The notes below the pieces were generated by a model that searched no databases, was not told where the DNA came from, and was given only the letters and a program-made list of their open reading frames with translations. The translations under genes were made by a program, and so were the position numbers. A DNA stretch of 64,000 nucleotides from Strigamia acuminata (lineage: Eukaryota), in contig OX442314.1 in NCBI GenBank assembly GCA_949358305.1, positions 25,358,001-25,422,000 of the forward strand, in the 5' to 3' direction. Below are positions 62,341-64,000 of the stretch, in pieces. Every line of letters starts with the position of its first letter. Position 1 is the first letter of the stretch.

Positions 62341-64000
62341 ACATATACGAACATGTATTATAAATACATTTTAAACATGTATGGTAAATACATTACTTTT
62401 TTGTGTGGAATGACCAAAACAGAATAAATTTTCTTCTAAGGGGCAACTACTGATTGCTTCCGTTTTTCAAATTATTTTTAATTACTAAAGCGCTCCGCTC
62501 ATCACTGGATTAATTTATAATTTATCTCGATTCTTTCTTCCCCTTCCTCTTATTAAAACTCAAATCTTGTAGAAAATTTGTACCCAATTTGCTTTTTTAT
62601 ATAAACTCGGGTCTAATAGATTAAAGAAAACATCGAACACAGATTTTTATCATCAATTTTATTTCAAATTTGTAATGAAAAACTACTACCCCTGTGCAAT
62701 GAGTTTCTTGGGCGGCTTCAGACATTTTTCTTAAAAAAAAAAATTCCAGTGGCTCTCTTCACTCAATTATGGCCGAGCAATAATCATGAGTTTAATTACC
62801 CGACATGCCTGCACAAATAACATGCACTGTTCCTTCCACTTGTGCCAAATTAAAACTTTCGCTGTAGGTAGATTAAAAAACAACAAGTAAAAGACAAAAA
62901 AAAAATTCAATAACTCGTCAGTGCCACTGCAAACTAATAATCCGGCTTCCAGACAATTTGGAAAGAAGATGACAACGTTTACCGGTAAACAGCCCTAATG
63001 GTCGTACTGGAATGTCCATAACATGCATTTTGGTGCTTTTTTTTCTTTTTACAAATACCACCCCTGTCATTTCGCGCAATGTAAAAAATTACTAACTAAA
63101 TGTCAACAAGATCCAAATGATGAATTATATTTAATATTGCAATACCCATTGCACGTGCTTAGCATTAATGGCTATTTTTTTCTAAATGTTGTTTTTGTTT
63201 TAAATAATAAAATGAAAGACGTAACCAAACGAAATAAAAAGTCAATTACAACGAAAATAAAAATTGTAAAAATTATAATCCTAAAAAAAAAAAAAAAAAA
63301 AAATTAATTAATCCCGAGTTAAAAACACGAGAAAAACAGAGCTACGCGCATGCGCAAACTCAATAAATTTGTTTTTAAATAAAAACAACACAAAAAAAAT
63401 TGGGCATTAACCGATTCTTCAGCAGGAATTAAACATAACAAGAAGAAGAGGAAAAATAAATCATTTTTCAACATCTGCACCAGCTGCAATTAATTCCGCA
63501 CAATTTTTTGATATTAAACGCCGCGACCAAGCAGTCGTGGACCTTTAAAAGTAAGCAAACAATTATTATTTGCATCATTTTATATATTTACCAGCACTTC
63601 AAACTGATTAAGCAGCTGCTAAATGCATTTACACGCTTCTAATTGCACATTAACTCCGAAATTCCAAAAAAAAAACAGGTTTAATAATCCGAGCAAACAT
63701 TAAAAAAACTCGAGAAAAATTCGCCAATTGTGTCACCATCGCATTCACGCAGTGAGAAATGATTAAACGAACGTGAAAAACGCTCACTTGACATTTCCTC
63801 AACCTTCTTTACAGGCCCAAATTTGCATGCATATAAATTGCACTTGACTCATCTCCAATTATGAAAAGTCACAGACCCCGACTCGCTTTTCCGCAGGTAT
63901 TTGAGCAATAAGTTGCAGAAAAAGGTGCACATGAGAAACCATATACTTGATAAACTTGGACCTCTTTGATCTTCGTGTCTACTTGTATTGTGCACATACT

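Overview
Eukaryotic, AT-rich genomic DNA, most likely from an invertebrate animal (inferred from the metazoan-type UTP20 protein, tiny GT-AG introns and the DNA-transposon types; I cannot name the species). Bases 1-8037 hold the 5' part of UTP20 (small subunit processome component 20) on the minus strand: 33 exons traced by hand give 1990 in-frame codons with 32 introns of 56-77 nt, and the gene runs off the left edge. The remaining ~56 kb has no recognisable protein-coding exon, tRNA, rRNA or known miRNA, and reads like a cis-regulatory desert or giant intron. It contains GC-richer islands dense in CAGGTG, CACGTG/CACGCG, YY1 and CTCF-like motifs, several non-autonomous DNA transposons, and eight minisatellites with units of 20, 21, 30/31 or 41 bp. 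The most unusual signal is a set of diverged, collinear, mostly inverted duplicated non-coding modules at 10-25 kb (best pair 11.8 kb and 21.4 kb). These could be duplicated enhancers, paralogous structured RNAs or long-range RNA pairing boxes. All alignments and counts were done by eye.
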